From assembly GCA_041484665.1 (NCBI GenBank), contig JBGPIA010000023.1, positions 1 to 58,263 of the forward strand: a stretch of DNA of 58,263 nt, in the 5' to 3' direction. Positions 18,801-31,427 of the stretch are shown one piece after another; the first letter of the stretch is position 1, and every line of letters begins with the position of its first letter. Made by a program: the position numbers and the translations under genes. The notes below the pieces were generated by a model. The model saw nothing but the letters and a program-made list of their open reading frames with translations, was not told the DNA's origin and ran no database searches. This DNA comes from Candidatus Krumholzibacteriia bacterium (GTDB taxonomy: Bacteria > Krumholzibacteriota > Krumholzibacteriia > JAJRXK01).

Positions 18801-19277
18801 TCACCTGCCTACGCCGCGCGGGTCGGCCGGGGCGCTCGGGTCGGCCGGGGCGCGCGGCGTGGCGGGCAGTTCAGGGCGCGCGACGGGCAGATCCGGCGGC
18901 GTGATGGACAGCGAAGACCCCGTGGCGGGTCGCTGCGGCCCTGCGGTGGGCGTCTCCGGCAGCTCGCTCTGCATCTCAGGCGGTCTGGTCGCGGACTTGC
19001 CCCGCGGACCGCGGCGCGTGACGAGGTAGACTGCCAGCGTCCAGGAGGGCACGAGGTTGACGCCGGGGACCGCTTCTGCCACGAACGTCGGGAGAAAGAC
19101 CCAATGCCAACCGAGCAAGCGAATCAACGCCACGGCGACGGCGACATCGAGCGCGTCGTCCAGCCAGGATAGCGCGCCGGGCAAGAAGACAGGGAAGAGC
19201 CAAACCTGCAGCACATCTGCCAGGAGTGCCAGGGCGCGTGCCGAGTTGACCGGCGAGACCTGGAAGTGTCTCTTCAC
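18801..19277 (-). CDS. Small membrane protein, hypothetical
   Basis: Hydrophobic core (LLGWHWVFLPTFVAEAVPGVNLVPSWTLAV) and Pro-rich tail. Confidence 0.7.
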   Translation of the reverse strand: MKRHFQVSPVNSARALALLADVLQVWLFPVFLPGALSWLDDALDVAVAVALIRLLGWHWVFLPTFVAEAVPGVNLVPSWTLAVYLVTRRGPRGKSATRPPEMQSELPETPTAGPQRPATGSSLSITPPDLPVARPELPATPRAPADPSAPADPRGVGR

Positions 19278-19376
19278 GACGAAGATCGGAGCCGCCGCGT
19301 GGTGAGGTTGTCAAGCGATGAGATGACATGCGACCGGCGCACGTGACCGACCCCCCTGACCCACCAAGGCAAACCC

Positions 19377-21110
19377 ATGCCCGACTATCGCCAGGCCCAG
19401 CGTTGCTGCGATCTCATCATGAAGGGGGGCATCACCAGCGGGATCCTGTATCCGCCGGCGATCTGCCGCATCGCGGAAGAGTTCCACCTGGTGGGCATCG
19501 GCGGCACCTCGGCCGGCGCCATCGGCGCCTGCGCAGCCGCCGCGGCGGAGTACCGCCGGCGTCAGTTCGACGACGGCGCAGGCTTCGAGCTGGTGGAGCG
19601 GCTTCCGGAGATGCTGGCGGGAGAGGGGAGGCTCACCGGCCTCTTCCGGCCCGACGGCTCCACCCGACAAGCCTTCGGCTTCTTCATGGACGCGCTCACG
19701 CTCGAGCAGCGCAGCTGGCTCGGCCGCCTGTGGTGGAAGGCCCGCGCGCTGTGGGCGGGTCTCGGGTACACGAAGACTCTGCGGCCCGTCGTCGAGAACG
19801 GACTCGGGTTGTGCACGGGCATGGCCAACGGCAACCGCCCGCGAGCGGGCGAGATCGAGCCGCTGACCGAGTGGTTGGCGAAGACGATCGACGAGATCGC
19901 CGGCAAGAACGATGGCAAACCGCTCACCTTCGGCGACCTGCGCCACGCGCGGATCCCGCCTCGGCTCGCCGGGGTCATGACCGGCATGGAGCAGCGGTCC
20001 ATCGACCTGCGGGCGATCACCACCTGCGTGTCGTTTGGCCGGCCCTTCGAGCTGCCCCTGGACAACCAGAGGATCTTCGCGTTCGACCCACAAGAGTGGA
20101 AGCGGCTGTTCCCGCCGAAGGTCATCGATTACCTGATCGAGGAAGCGCGCAGGATCGAAGCTCCAACGCTGGTCCGCGACGGCAAGCTTCCGTTCCCGGT
20201 GGGGGATGCCATGCCGGTGGTCGTGGCGGCGCGGATGAGCCTCAGCTTCCCCGGCCTGTTCACGATGATCCCGCTGTACGCGGTCGACTACCACACCGAA
20301 GGCGAGCCGATGACGAAGGTGTGGTTCAGCGACGGCGGGATCACGAGCAACCTGCCGATCCACTTCTTCGATTCGCTCTTCCCCCGCTGGCCCACGCTGG
20401 CGATCAACCTGCAGTACACCGACCAGGACGGGAAACCCGCCCGGCGCTCCATGGATCCGAGCCTCATCTACATGATCCGGCGCCCGGGCGACGGCACCGG
20501 CGACCTGTGGAACGTCTTCGACGGCACGGGATCCCCGTTCAAGGATCTCAAGGGCTTTGGCGCCGCCGTGTTCCGCAGCGCGCAGGTTTGGCACGACAAC
20601 GCCTTCCTGCGGCTGCCCGGCTACCGCGACCGCGTGGTCGAGATCTGGCTGCGGCCGGACGAAGGTGGCATGAATCTGACGATGCCCGAGCAGACGATCC
20701 AGGGTTTGATCGCCCGCGGCAACGAGGCGGGCACGCGGCTGCGCGATCGCTTCGCCAGCGAGCCACCGACCGAGCCCCTCTCCTGGGACGGTCACCGCTG
20801 GACCCGGCTGCGTTCCGGAATGGCGGGGCTCGCCGCGTATTTGCATGCCTTCAAGCGGAGCGTCGATCACCCCATGTCCGGCGACCGGACCCTGACGGAG
20901 CTCGTAGCCTCGCGGCAGGCGCCACCGTCGTACGTGTTCGAGACGGATGCGCAGTTTGCGGCGGCACAGGAAGCAATCGAGGGGCTCCTTGCCTACATCC
21001 AGAGCCTCGACTCCAAGTCCGTCTGCCAGGGAGCGGAGGAGGCCGCGACGCGTCCGTTCTGCGGTGGCCCGCGGCCACCTATCGAGATCGGGAGCCGGGC
21101 GCCGATGTGA
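19377..21110 (+). CDS. Patatin-like phospholipase family protein
   Basis: KGGITSG oxyanion motif, GTSAG nucleophile elbow, DGG catalytic Asp. Confidence 0.9.
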   Translation: MPDYRQAQRCCDLIMKGGITSGILYPPAICRIAEEFHLVGIGGTSAGAIGACAAAAAEYRRRQFDDGAGFELVERLPEMLAGEGRLTGLFRPDGSTRQAFGFFMDALTLEQRSWLGRLWWKARALWAGLGYTKTLRPVVENGLGLCTGMANGNRPRAGEIEPLTEWLAKTIDEIAGKNDGKPLTFGDLRHARIPPRLAGVMTGMEQRSIDLRAITTCVSFGRPFELPLDNQRIFAFDPQEWKRLFPPKVIDYLIEEARRIEAPTLVRDGKLPFPVGDAMPVVVAARMSLSFPGLFTMIPLYAVDYHTEGEPMTKVWFSDGGITSNLPIHFFDSLFPRWPTLAINLQYTDQDGKPARRSMDPSLIYMIRRPGDGTGDLWNVFDGTGSPFKDLKGFGAAVFRSAQVWHDNAFLRLPGYRDRVVEIWLRPDEGGMNLTMPEQTIQGLIARGNEAGTRLRDRFASEPPTEPLSWDGHRWTRLRSGMAGLAAYLHAFKRSVDHPMSGDRTLTELVASRQAPPSYVFETDAQFAAAQEAIEGLLAYIQSLDSKSVCQGAEEAATRPFCGGPRPPIEIGSRAPM

Positions 21111-21209
21111 CGCGGAAACGTTGATGTGACGTGGAGAGACTGATGTGACGAGGAGGCATTGTCGACGCGGCGTCAGTGTCATTCACCGGTCCCGCCGGTG
21201 CGCCCTGGA

Positions 21210-21329
21210 CCAACCCTCCCCTGACCCGCGCTCTTCTGGCCGACCCTCCTCTGGCCGACCCCCCCTGACCAACCCTCCTCTGGCCAACCCGCCCCTGGCC
21301 AACCCTCCTCTGGCCAACCCCGCGCTCAA
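21210..21329. repeat. Degenerate 15-bp tandem repeat (CCAACCCTCCTCTGG-like, about 8 units)
   Basis: Visible 15-nt periodicity between the patatin and kinase genes. Confidence 0.75.
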
Positions 21330-21496
21330 TCACCTGCTCTCCCGTGCCGATAGCCTCGACGGATTGGCGCACCCGATTCGCCCGGACGTCTCCGGACCAT
21401 CGGCCGCCGGCGACCGGCCCCCTTCCATCGTACCTGCATTCTGCCGACGGACGGGCGCGGCGATGGTGGGGAGGCCGCAGACCATGCGCGCACACC

Positions 21497-24769
<3,273 letters not shown>

Positions 24770-24938
24770 GCCGACGCCGGCTTAGACCCTTGTCGCAGTG
24801 CCTGTAGCGTGACACCCGCGCGATTCAGGCGCTGCGGGCTCGTCTCGCTGGACCACGGGTCCACAGCCCAAGCGGTGTTCCAAGCCCGCGGTACGCGCCT
24901 TGCAGCCCCCTCTGTAACTGCCCAAGGAAGGATTCACC

Positions 24939-25637
24939 ATGCGCGCAAGCTACGTCCTGTTCGCGGTCCTTATATCCTGGTCGCGCCTCGCAGCGGCCGG
25001 AACGGCCGCGCGCGTGGGGGTGGGGACGGGCAACCTGCAGTTCGACTTCCTGTACTCCGACTACCACACCGAGCCGCTCGTTGTGCAGCGCTACGCCGCG
25101 GAGGTCGGGGAGTCCGACTTGCTCGTCGCCCTGTATCTGGCCCAGGTAACGGGGGCCGGCCTCGACGTGATCGTGAACTGGCGCCGGTCGGGGATGTCCT
25201 GGGACCGGATCACACGCAGCTGCCACCGCGACGGCCGCATCTACTATGTGGAGCTCCCCCCGGAGGTCACGAGCCCGCCTTACGGACGGGCCCACGGCTA
25301 CTGGAAGCGGCATCCCCGCAGAGATCTCGCCCTTACCGATACGGAGATTCGCGAGCTCGTGTTGGTCCGCGCCCTCTCGGCCCATGCCCGGCTGTCACCG
25401 GCGGAGGTCGTGCGGATGCGCACCCGCGGCGAGAGTCCGCGGGCCATCGCCGTCGCGCGCCGCGAGCGGGCCCGCAGGGACGGCGGCCCGCAGACCGCCA
25501 GCACATTGGGCGGCGGTGCGCACGAGGGTGATCCGGGAAGGACCCAGAGCCAGTCGAGCGAGAGCAAGGGCGAGCCGGGCGGGCCTGGCATCGACCCAGC
25601 CAAGAATAAGGACGAATTGGGCAAGAAGAGGCACTAG
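24939..25637 (+). CDS. Secreted hypothetical protein
   Basis: AAGGA RBS, signal peptide, PPYGRAHGYWK motif, coding-like codon usage. Confidence 0.7.
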   Translation: MRASYVLFAVLISWSRLAAAGTAARVGVGTGNLQFDFLYSDYHTEPLVVQRYAAEVGESDLLVALYLAQVTGAGLDVIVNWRRSGMSWDRITRSCHRDGRIYYVELPPEVTSPPYGRAHGYWKRHPRRDLALTDTEIRELVLVRALSAHARLSPAEVVRMRTRGESPRAIAVARRERARRDGGPQTASTLGGGAHEGDPGRTQSQSSESKGEPGGPGIDPAKNKDELGKKRH

Positions 25638-26527
25638 GCAAGCCTCCCATATCGCCGGCGTGGCTTCTTGGACGCGATCGGCCGGCGCGGCCATGTCTGC
25701 GCGGCCACCGATTCCGTGATGACTGGGATGGAAATGCCGCGCGGTCAGCGCGGCCGCCGTATCCGCCACGGCCGCGAGCCGCATCGGCTGGGCGGCGCAT
25801 CGCCGACCCAGCGGGAGGCCGATTGTCGTGGCGGGCGGGCAGATGCGCTGTCGCGCTCCCGGGAGATTCTCGCCGGGGCTTCTCGTCAGAACCGCTCGCC
25901 GAAAGCTCTCGTGGGCGGCTTCCGCCTGGGGCTCGCGTTGGGGGCCCGCTCCGCGCGTTCCGCCGCAGCGCACCGGGCACCGGACCGCCCCATCCTCCGG
26001 CTCGCGCGCCGCGCCCTTCCGTGTGGCCTGCACGCCGCGCCGGATCGGCGGCGGTGCTCGTACCGTTCGACTGGCTCTCTCGGCCACCTCCCACGGCGGC
26101 GCCTGCGGCGCCCGTGCTACCCGCGGCGACGGCTCGTTCCGCGGCGCCCGTGCCACCCGCGGCGAGTGCTGCTTCCGCGGCCGGGTCCCGAGTCCGGTTC
26201 AGGATCGGCCCCGGCTCCGCCCCCGCTTCGGCGGCCGCGCCCGCCACCCACGCGCGCTGTTGTTCTGGCCTTGCGTTCGCCCCCCCCGCGGCGTAGTCTG
26301 GGCGGGTCTTCTATCTGGATTCCCGCATGCGGACCTACCTCGAGCGCCCGCCCGCGAAGGGTGGACGAAGCATCAGGGCAAATCCCAGCTGGAGACCCAT
26401 GGCGGTGTCGGGGATGTGCTCCGCGGACTGCCCGTCTGCCCAGTTGCGACAGGATCTCGGTTTCTGCCCCGCCTGTTCCGGAACTCGGCATGTTGAACGA
26501 AACGTTGGCAGAAGGAGATCCTGAGTA

Positions 26528-26842
26528 ATGATCAACATCTACGTCGGAAACCTGTCCTTCAACGCGACCGAGGCCGACCTCCGCACGGCCTTCGAGGCTC
26601 ACGGTCAGGTCAACCGCGCTTCCATCGTCACCGACCGCGACACCGGCCGCTCGCGCGGCTTCGGCTTCGTGGAGATGGAGGACCGCAACGCCGGTCTGAA
26701 GGCCATCGAGTCCCTCAACGGCAAGACCATCGCGGGGCGTGAGGTCACGGTGAACGAGGCCCGTCCGCGCGAGGAGCGCGGCAGCGGCGGCGGTGGCGGC
26801 GGCGGCGGCGGCGGTGGCCGGCGGGGCGGCTTCGGCCGGTAA
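26528..26842 (+). CDS. RRM RNA-binding protein with Gly-rich tail
   Basis: RNP2 IYVGNL, RNP1 [25 protein letters not shown]. Confidence 0.95.
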   Translation: MINIYVGNLSFNATEADLRTAFEAHGQVNRASIVTDRDTGRSRGFGFVEMEDRNAGLKAIESLNGKTIAGREVTVNEARPREERGSGGGGGGGGGGGRRGGFGR

Positions 26843-26867
26843 CCCACCGGTCTTCAGCACCGACAGT

Positions 26868-26906
26868 GCACAGCGACCGCGGCCACGCCAGCCGCGGTCG
26901 CTGTGC
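26868..26906 (+). terminator. Stem-loop after the RRM gene
   Basis: Perfect 16-bp inverted repeat GCACAGCGACCGCGGC with a 7-nt loop; no strong U-tract. Confidence 0.6.
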
Positions 26907-27060
26907 GTTCGGCACCGCCTTCAGCTGCGGCTTGCGCCGCCGTCGATTGTGAGTTCGGGGTACCGCTCGTGCGTCTGTCGCGGCGGTAACCCATCCGGCG
27001 AGACCGTTCATCGTTGACCGACGCTGCCACGAACTGCAAACTGCGCGCCGGAGGTGGCGT

Positions 27061-28623
27061 ATGTCTTGGCGATCGATGCGATTCTCCTCGAGCACGCCCG
27101 ATCGTTGCCGGGACGCCCGCTGGTGGCCCGGCCGTTGCGGCGACGGCTGCTGCACGCCCGGTCGCCACTTGCCTCGCCGCTCCTTGCGCGGCCGTTGGCT
27201 GATCGCGGTCCTGCGGGTCGTGTTCGCCGGCATCGCCTGCCTCAATGCCCCTGCGCCGCGCGCGGCCTCCGCTGCCGACTTGTCGGGGCACTGGGAGGGA
27301 GCCATCGAGTTGCCCGCCACCAACCTGGCGATCCTCGTCGAGCTGAAGCAGGTCGGCGACCAATGGTCCGGCCTCATCGACATCCCCGCACAGGGGGCCA
27401 AGGGGCTGGCGCTCGCCGGAATCGCCATTGCGGGCGATACGCTCCAGTTCCGCGTCTCCGGCGTCCCGGGCGACCCGGCGTTCAAGGGCACCTTTGCCGC
27501 CGCCACCGGCAAGATCACCGGCACGATCGTGCAGTTCGGCCAGAGCCTTCCGTTCCACCTGGGCCGCGAGAAGGAGGCGGGGCCGGCGCGCCCGCAGGAG
27601 CCCAAACCACCGTTCCCGTATCGCGCCGAGGACGTCAGCTACAAGAATGGCGACATCACGCTGGCCGGAACGCTTACGATTCCGCAGGGCAAGGGCCCGT
27701 TTCCCGCAGCGCTGCTGCTCAGCGGCAGCGGGCCGCAGAACCGCGACGAGGAGCTGGTCGGCCACAAGCCGTTCCTCGTGGTCGCCGACTTCCTGACGCG
27801 CGCAGGGATCGCCGTGCTGCGCGTGGACGACCGCGGCGTCGGCGGCTCCTCGGGTCAGCTCATCATGTCCACGACGTCGGACTTCGCCGACGATGCGCTG
27901 GCCGGCGTGCGCTTCCTGCGCGCGCGCGCCGAGGTCAATCCCAAGCGCGTCGGGCTGATCGGCCACAGCGAAGGCGGCCTCGTGGCGCCGTTGGCTGCCT
28001 CGCGCTCCAAGGACGTGGCGTACATCGTGCTGCTGGCGGGCACCGGTGTCCCGGGAGACGAGGTCCTCATCCGCCAGAACGAGCTCATGTCGCGCGCGGC
28101 GGGCGTGTCCGAGGCGGCCATCCAGGCAGGGCTCGCAGGGCAGCGGGCCGTGCTCGATCTGATCAAGGCTGGCGCGGACAGCGCCGCTCTGTGGGAGAAG
28201 GGCACGGAGCTCGCGCGCATGCAGATGGCAGCGCTGCCGGACTCTGTGCGACCCAGCCGCGAGATGGCCGACCAGATGATGGCCGCGCAGCTGGGCGGCG
28301 TAACCAAGCCGTGGTTTCGCTTCTTCGTCGGCTACGATCCGCGGCCGGCGCTGCGGAGGGTCACCGTGCCAGTGCTCGTGCTCAACGGCGAGCTGGATCT
28401 GCAGGTCTCGCCCGACCAGAACGTGCCCGAGATCGAGAAGGCGCTCAAGGAGGGCGGCAACCGCGACGTGACGGTGCGCCGCCTGCGCGGTCTCAACCAC
28501 CTGTTCCAACAGGCCAAGACCGGAGCCCTCCGCGAGTACAGCGCGATCGAGGAGACCATGAATCCGGCAGCGCTGGAGACCATCCGCGACTGGATCGTGC
28601 AGCGCTTCAGCGGCCAGCGCTGA
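27061..28623 (+). CDS. Alpha/beta-fold serine hydrolase (aminopeptidase-like), probably exported
   Basis: SGSGPQNRDE, DDRGVGGS, GHSEGG, GELDLQV, LNHLFQ; start uncertain. Confidence 0.9.
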   Translation: MSWRSMRFSSSTPDRCRDARWWPGRCGDGCCTPGRHLPRRSLRGRWLIAVLRVVFAGIACLNAPAPRAASAADLSGHWEGAIELPATNLAILVELKQVGDQWSGLIDIPAQGAKGLALAGIAIAGDTLQFRVSGVPGDPAFKGTFAAATGKITGTIVQFGQSLPFHLGREKEAGPARPQEPKPPFPYRAEDVSYKNGDITLAGTLTIPQGKGPFPAALLLSGSGPQNRDEELVGHKPFLVVADFLTRAGIAVLRVDDRGVGGSSGQLIMSTTSDFADDALAGVRFLRARAEVNPKRVGLIGHSEGGLVAPLAASRSKDVAYIVLLAGTGVPGDEVLIRQNELMSRAAGVSEAAIQAGLAGQRAVLDLIKAGADSAALWEKGTELARMQMAALPDSVRPSREMADQMMAAQLGGVTKPWFRFFVGYDPRPALRRVTVPVLVLNGELDLQVSPDQNVPEIEKALKEGGNRDVTVRRLRGLNHLFQQAKTGALREYSAIEETMNPAALETIRDWIVQRFSGQR

Positions 28624-28879
28624 GAGCCGTTCGGCGGCCAGCGCTGACACCGAGCCCGCGGCCTGCGTTGACACCGAGCCCGCGGCCTGCGCTGAGACCT
28701 GATCGGCAGGCCAGTGGCGGGGCAGAGCGCCGGGTTCGCCACGGGCCGCCTGCGCGCGGCTGCGCACCGTTGCCGGACACTGGCGCTCCCTGCTACAGTC
28801 TGCAACCGAGCGCCGGGCACGCCGGGACGCTGCACGCTCGCTCGATCATGCTTGTTGCCTGAAAGGAGAGGAGGAACCG

Positions 28880-29197
28880 ATGCACTGGCACGACCTGGAG
28901 AAGATGAAAGTCAGTGACCTTCGTGAGCTCGCCAAGGAGAAGACTCAGCTGGAAGGCGTGACGGGCATGACCAAGGCGCAGCTCATCGAAGCGCTCGCGC
29001 ACGCCCTGGGCATCGAGAAACCGCACAAAGTGGTGATGGTGCCGCAGAAGACCGAGATCAAGCAGAAGATCCGTGCACTCAAGGTCCAGCGGAACGAGGC
29101 CTTCGCACACAGGAAGCGCGAGGAGGCACACCAATACCGCGAACAGCTCCACAGGCTGCGTCGCAAGCTCCACAAGATGGCGACGGTAAAGGACTAG
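28880..29197 (+). CDS. Small basic protein with Rho-N-terminal-like HeH motif
   Basis: LEKMKVSDLRELAK..GVTGMTKAQLIEAL; GAGGA RBS. Confidence 0.75.
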   Translation: MHWHDLEKMKVSDLRELAKEKTQLEGVTGMTKAQLIEALAHALGIEKPHKVVMVPQKTEIKQKIRALKVQRNEAFAHRKREEAHQYREQLHRLRRKLHKMATVKD

Positions 29198-29389
29198 CGC
29201 GCAAGCGAGCTTTGTCGTCGGGGAAGCGACCGGCGAACCGATCGCGCCCCGACGCCCAGACCCTCGGAGAAGGACGCGGCGCAATTCCGCCTGGCGCAGT
29301 GGAGGGTCGCCACGCCAAGGGCGCCTGGCGCAGTGGGGCGCCGCCGCCAAGGGGCCCGGCGCAGGAGGGCCAGGCGGAAGAGCACGGGC

Positions 29390-29614
29390 TCAGGCGAGCT
29401 TCCGCTTGCGCCTCACTCTTCTCATAGAGGAAACGACCCGCGGACGCTCCTCGAGCTTGTCGCGCAGCTCACCCAGGCTGGCTCCCTTGAACCGTTCCTT
29501 CTCCTGGAGCAGCCGCAGCCCTTCGCGGACGACTTCGCTCGCGGAGGCGTAGAGGCCGGAGGCGACCTTGCCCTGTACGAAGCTCTCAAGCTCGCGGGTC
29601 AGAGAGATGTTCAT
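29390..29614 (-). CDS. ParD-like (CC2985-family RHH) antitoxin, orphan
   Basis: MNISLT..FVQGKVASGLYASASEVVREGLRLL. Confidence 0.85.
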   Translation of the reverse strand: MNISLTRELESFVQGKVASGLYASASEVVREGLRLLQEKERFKGASLGELRDKLEERPRVVSSMRRVRRKRKLA

Positions 29615-29620
29615 GGACCC

Positions 29621-29649
29621 ACGATAGCCGCGATAGCGAAGATTGGCAA
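29621..29649 (-). promoter_or_regulatory. Sigma70-type promoter of the antitoxin, probably leaderless
   Basis: TTGCCA-17 bp-TATCGT on the minus strand, 6 nt before the ATG. Confidence 0.6.
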
Positions 29650-29820
29650 GGTCTAGCAATAGCGAAATTTGTCAGTTGCTGCTACTACGACCCCGCGCCG
29701 CGGGGGGAATCGGGCCAGGAGCGGACCGGGAGCGGACAAGGAGCGGACCGGGAAGGGTCCGCAAGCTACCGAACCGGCCGTCGAAGCTCGTCGGCGGAGC
29801 CAGCAGCCCCGCCCTGGTGT

Positions 29821-30339
29821 CTACATCGGCGCGAATCCGCGCGCGGCCCAGTACTCGTCCTGCAGCGACTTCTCCAGTTTGGTCAGCGCCGACAGGTGGC
29901 CGATCTCCCACTCGACCAGCCATGTGAACAACTGCTTGAGCTCGGCATTCTGGGTCTCGGCGGCCTGCTTGCGATAGTAGGCGATCGCCTTGTTCTCGAG
30001 GTCGCAGCCGAGCCCGATGACGGCCATCTCGAACGTCCCCCGCTTGAGCGACTTGCGGAAGGCGTCGTCGACGATGTGGCCAGCGCCGTGATCGACTTCG
30101 GCTGGGTGCACCTGCCCCAGATCGAGCTTGCCGGTGTTGGCCATGGCCTCGTGCTGCGCCATGAGCATCTTAACGTGGTAATCCTCGTCCCGCGCGAGGG
30201 CCTCGAACATGCCCCGGGCGGTCGGGTCCTCGGTTTCGTTCGCCGCGTGCGAATACAGCTGCTGCCCCTTGATCTCGGTCATGACCGCTTCGCGGAGGGC
30301 GTCGAGCACCTGCTTGGGTCCTGCCTTGGCTGTCGCCAT
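29821..30339 (-). CDS. Ferritin-like/rubrerythrin family protein
   Basis: E..Y and ExxH di-iron motifs twice (DEDYH, WEIGH); GGAGGAG RBS. Confidence 0.88.
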   Translation of the reverse strand: MATAKAGPKQVLDALREAVMTEIKGQQLYSHAANETEDPTARGMFEALARDEDYHVKMLMAQHEAMANTGKLDLGQVHPAEVDHGAGHIVDDAFRKSLKRGTFEMAVIGLGCDLENKAIAYYRKQAAETQNAELKQLFTWLVEWEIGHLSALTKLEKSLQDEYWAARGFAPM

Positions 30340-30609
30340 CGTCTTCTCCTCCCGGCGGCGAACGGTGATCGCGGCCTGTGCCCAAAGCTAGTCGTAGGAC
30401 GGGGCTGGGGAAGGAGATTCGCGCGCGTGGGAGCCCCGCGGAGGGCCACCGGCGGCGGCACCCCCGCGCTGGGGGTGCCCGCCTAGGGCCGGCAGCACCC
30501 GCGCGCCCGCCGGCAGCGCCCGTGCACCCGCGGACGTACCTGCGCGCCCGCCGGCGCTGTTGCGCATGCGCGCTCGGACGTCCCCCACCCGACAGGGGCA
30601 GGCTCTCCC

Positions 30610-31230
30610 TCACTCGAACGGGAGCGGGTCTCCCTTGCCCACGCGCACGATTCGCGGGATGTCCTCCGTGAGGTCGACCACCGTGGTAGGCGTCAACCCA
30701 CAGGGGCCTCCGTCGATCACCACATCCACCAGGTGCTCGAGGCGGCGGCGGATCTCCGCCGGATCATTGAGGGGATCGTCGTCGCCCGGCAGGCGCATCG
30801 TCGAGGAGATCATCGGCTCCCCGAGCTCCGCCAGCAGCGCCTGCGCGATAGTGTTGTGGGGGACGCGCAGCCCGATGGTCTTCTTCCTGGGGTGCAGCAG
30901 ACGCCGCGGGACTTCGGGGGTTGCGGCCAACAGAAACGTGTACGGCCCTGGCGTGTGGGCCTTCAGCAGGCGGTAGACCGGTGTGTCGAAGCGGGCGTAG
31001 GTGCCCGACTGGGAGAGGTCGCGGCAGACGATGGTGAAGTGGTGACGGTCCTCGATCTGGCGGATGCGGCAAATGCGCTCGACGGCCCCCTTATCCCCGA
31101 TGTGGGCGCCCAGGGCGTAGGTCGCGTCGGTTGGGTAGACGATCACGCCGCCGTCGCGGAGGATCTTCACCGTCTGGTGGACGAGACGCCCCTGCGGATG
31201 GGTCGGGTGGATCTGGAAGAACTGGGCCAT
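30610..31230 (-). CDS. yciO: Sua5/YciO/YrdC family protein (threonylcarbamoyl-AMP synthase-like)
   Basis: GGVIVYPTD..Y, TPGPYTFLL, KKTIGLRVP, PTTVVDL. Confidence 0.92.
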   Translation of the reverse strand: MAQFFQIHPTHPQGRLVHQTVKILRDGGVIVYPTDATYALGAHIGDKGAVERICRIRQIEDRHHFTIVCRDLSQSGTYARFDTPVYRLLKAHTPGPYTFLLAATPEVPRRLLHPRKKTIGLRVPHNTIAQALLAELGEPMISSTMRLPGDDDPLNDPAEIRRRLEHLVDVVIDGGPCGLTPTTVVDLTEDIPRIVRVGKGDPLPFE

Positions 31231-31427
31231 CTCGCGGTCCTTGTCCCGCTACGCGCGCGCACGCCGCGCGAGCCGGCCCGCGGCCCGCCGCCAGCAGCGT
31301 CAGTCCACCACCCGCACTCTGCCTCCACCAGCGTTGCCGCCGGCGCCCCCCGCGACCCCCGCCATCCGCGACCCCCGCCATCCGCGGCGCTCGCCATCCG
31401 CAGCGCCCGGCCCCAGAGCCCCGACCC

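Noticed and set aside
19377..21110. CBASS CapV effector
   Set aside because: No CD-NTase or other CBASS gene adjacent
25668..26528. Several overlapping 200-300 aa ORFs
   Set aside because: Arg/Ala/Pro-rich low-complexity sequence with degenerate repeats; no RBS or motif support
28617..28695. Mini-CRISPR (also 43074-43169)
   Set aside because: Conserved unit is only 7-8 bp, spacers are related to each other, and there are no cas genes
29194..29385. ParE/RelE toxin downstream of the antitoxin
   Set aside because: Arg/Ala-rich ORF with no RelE-fold motifs
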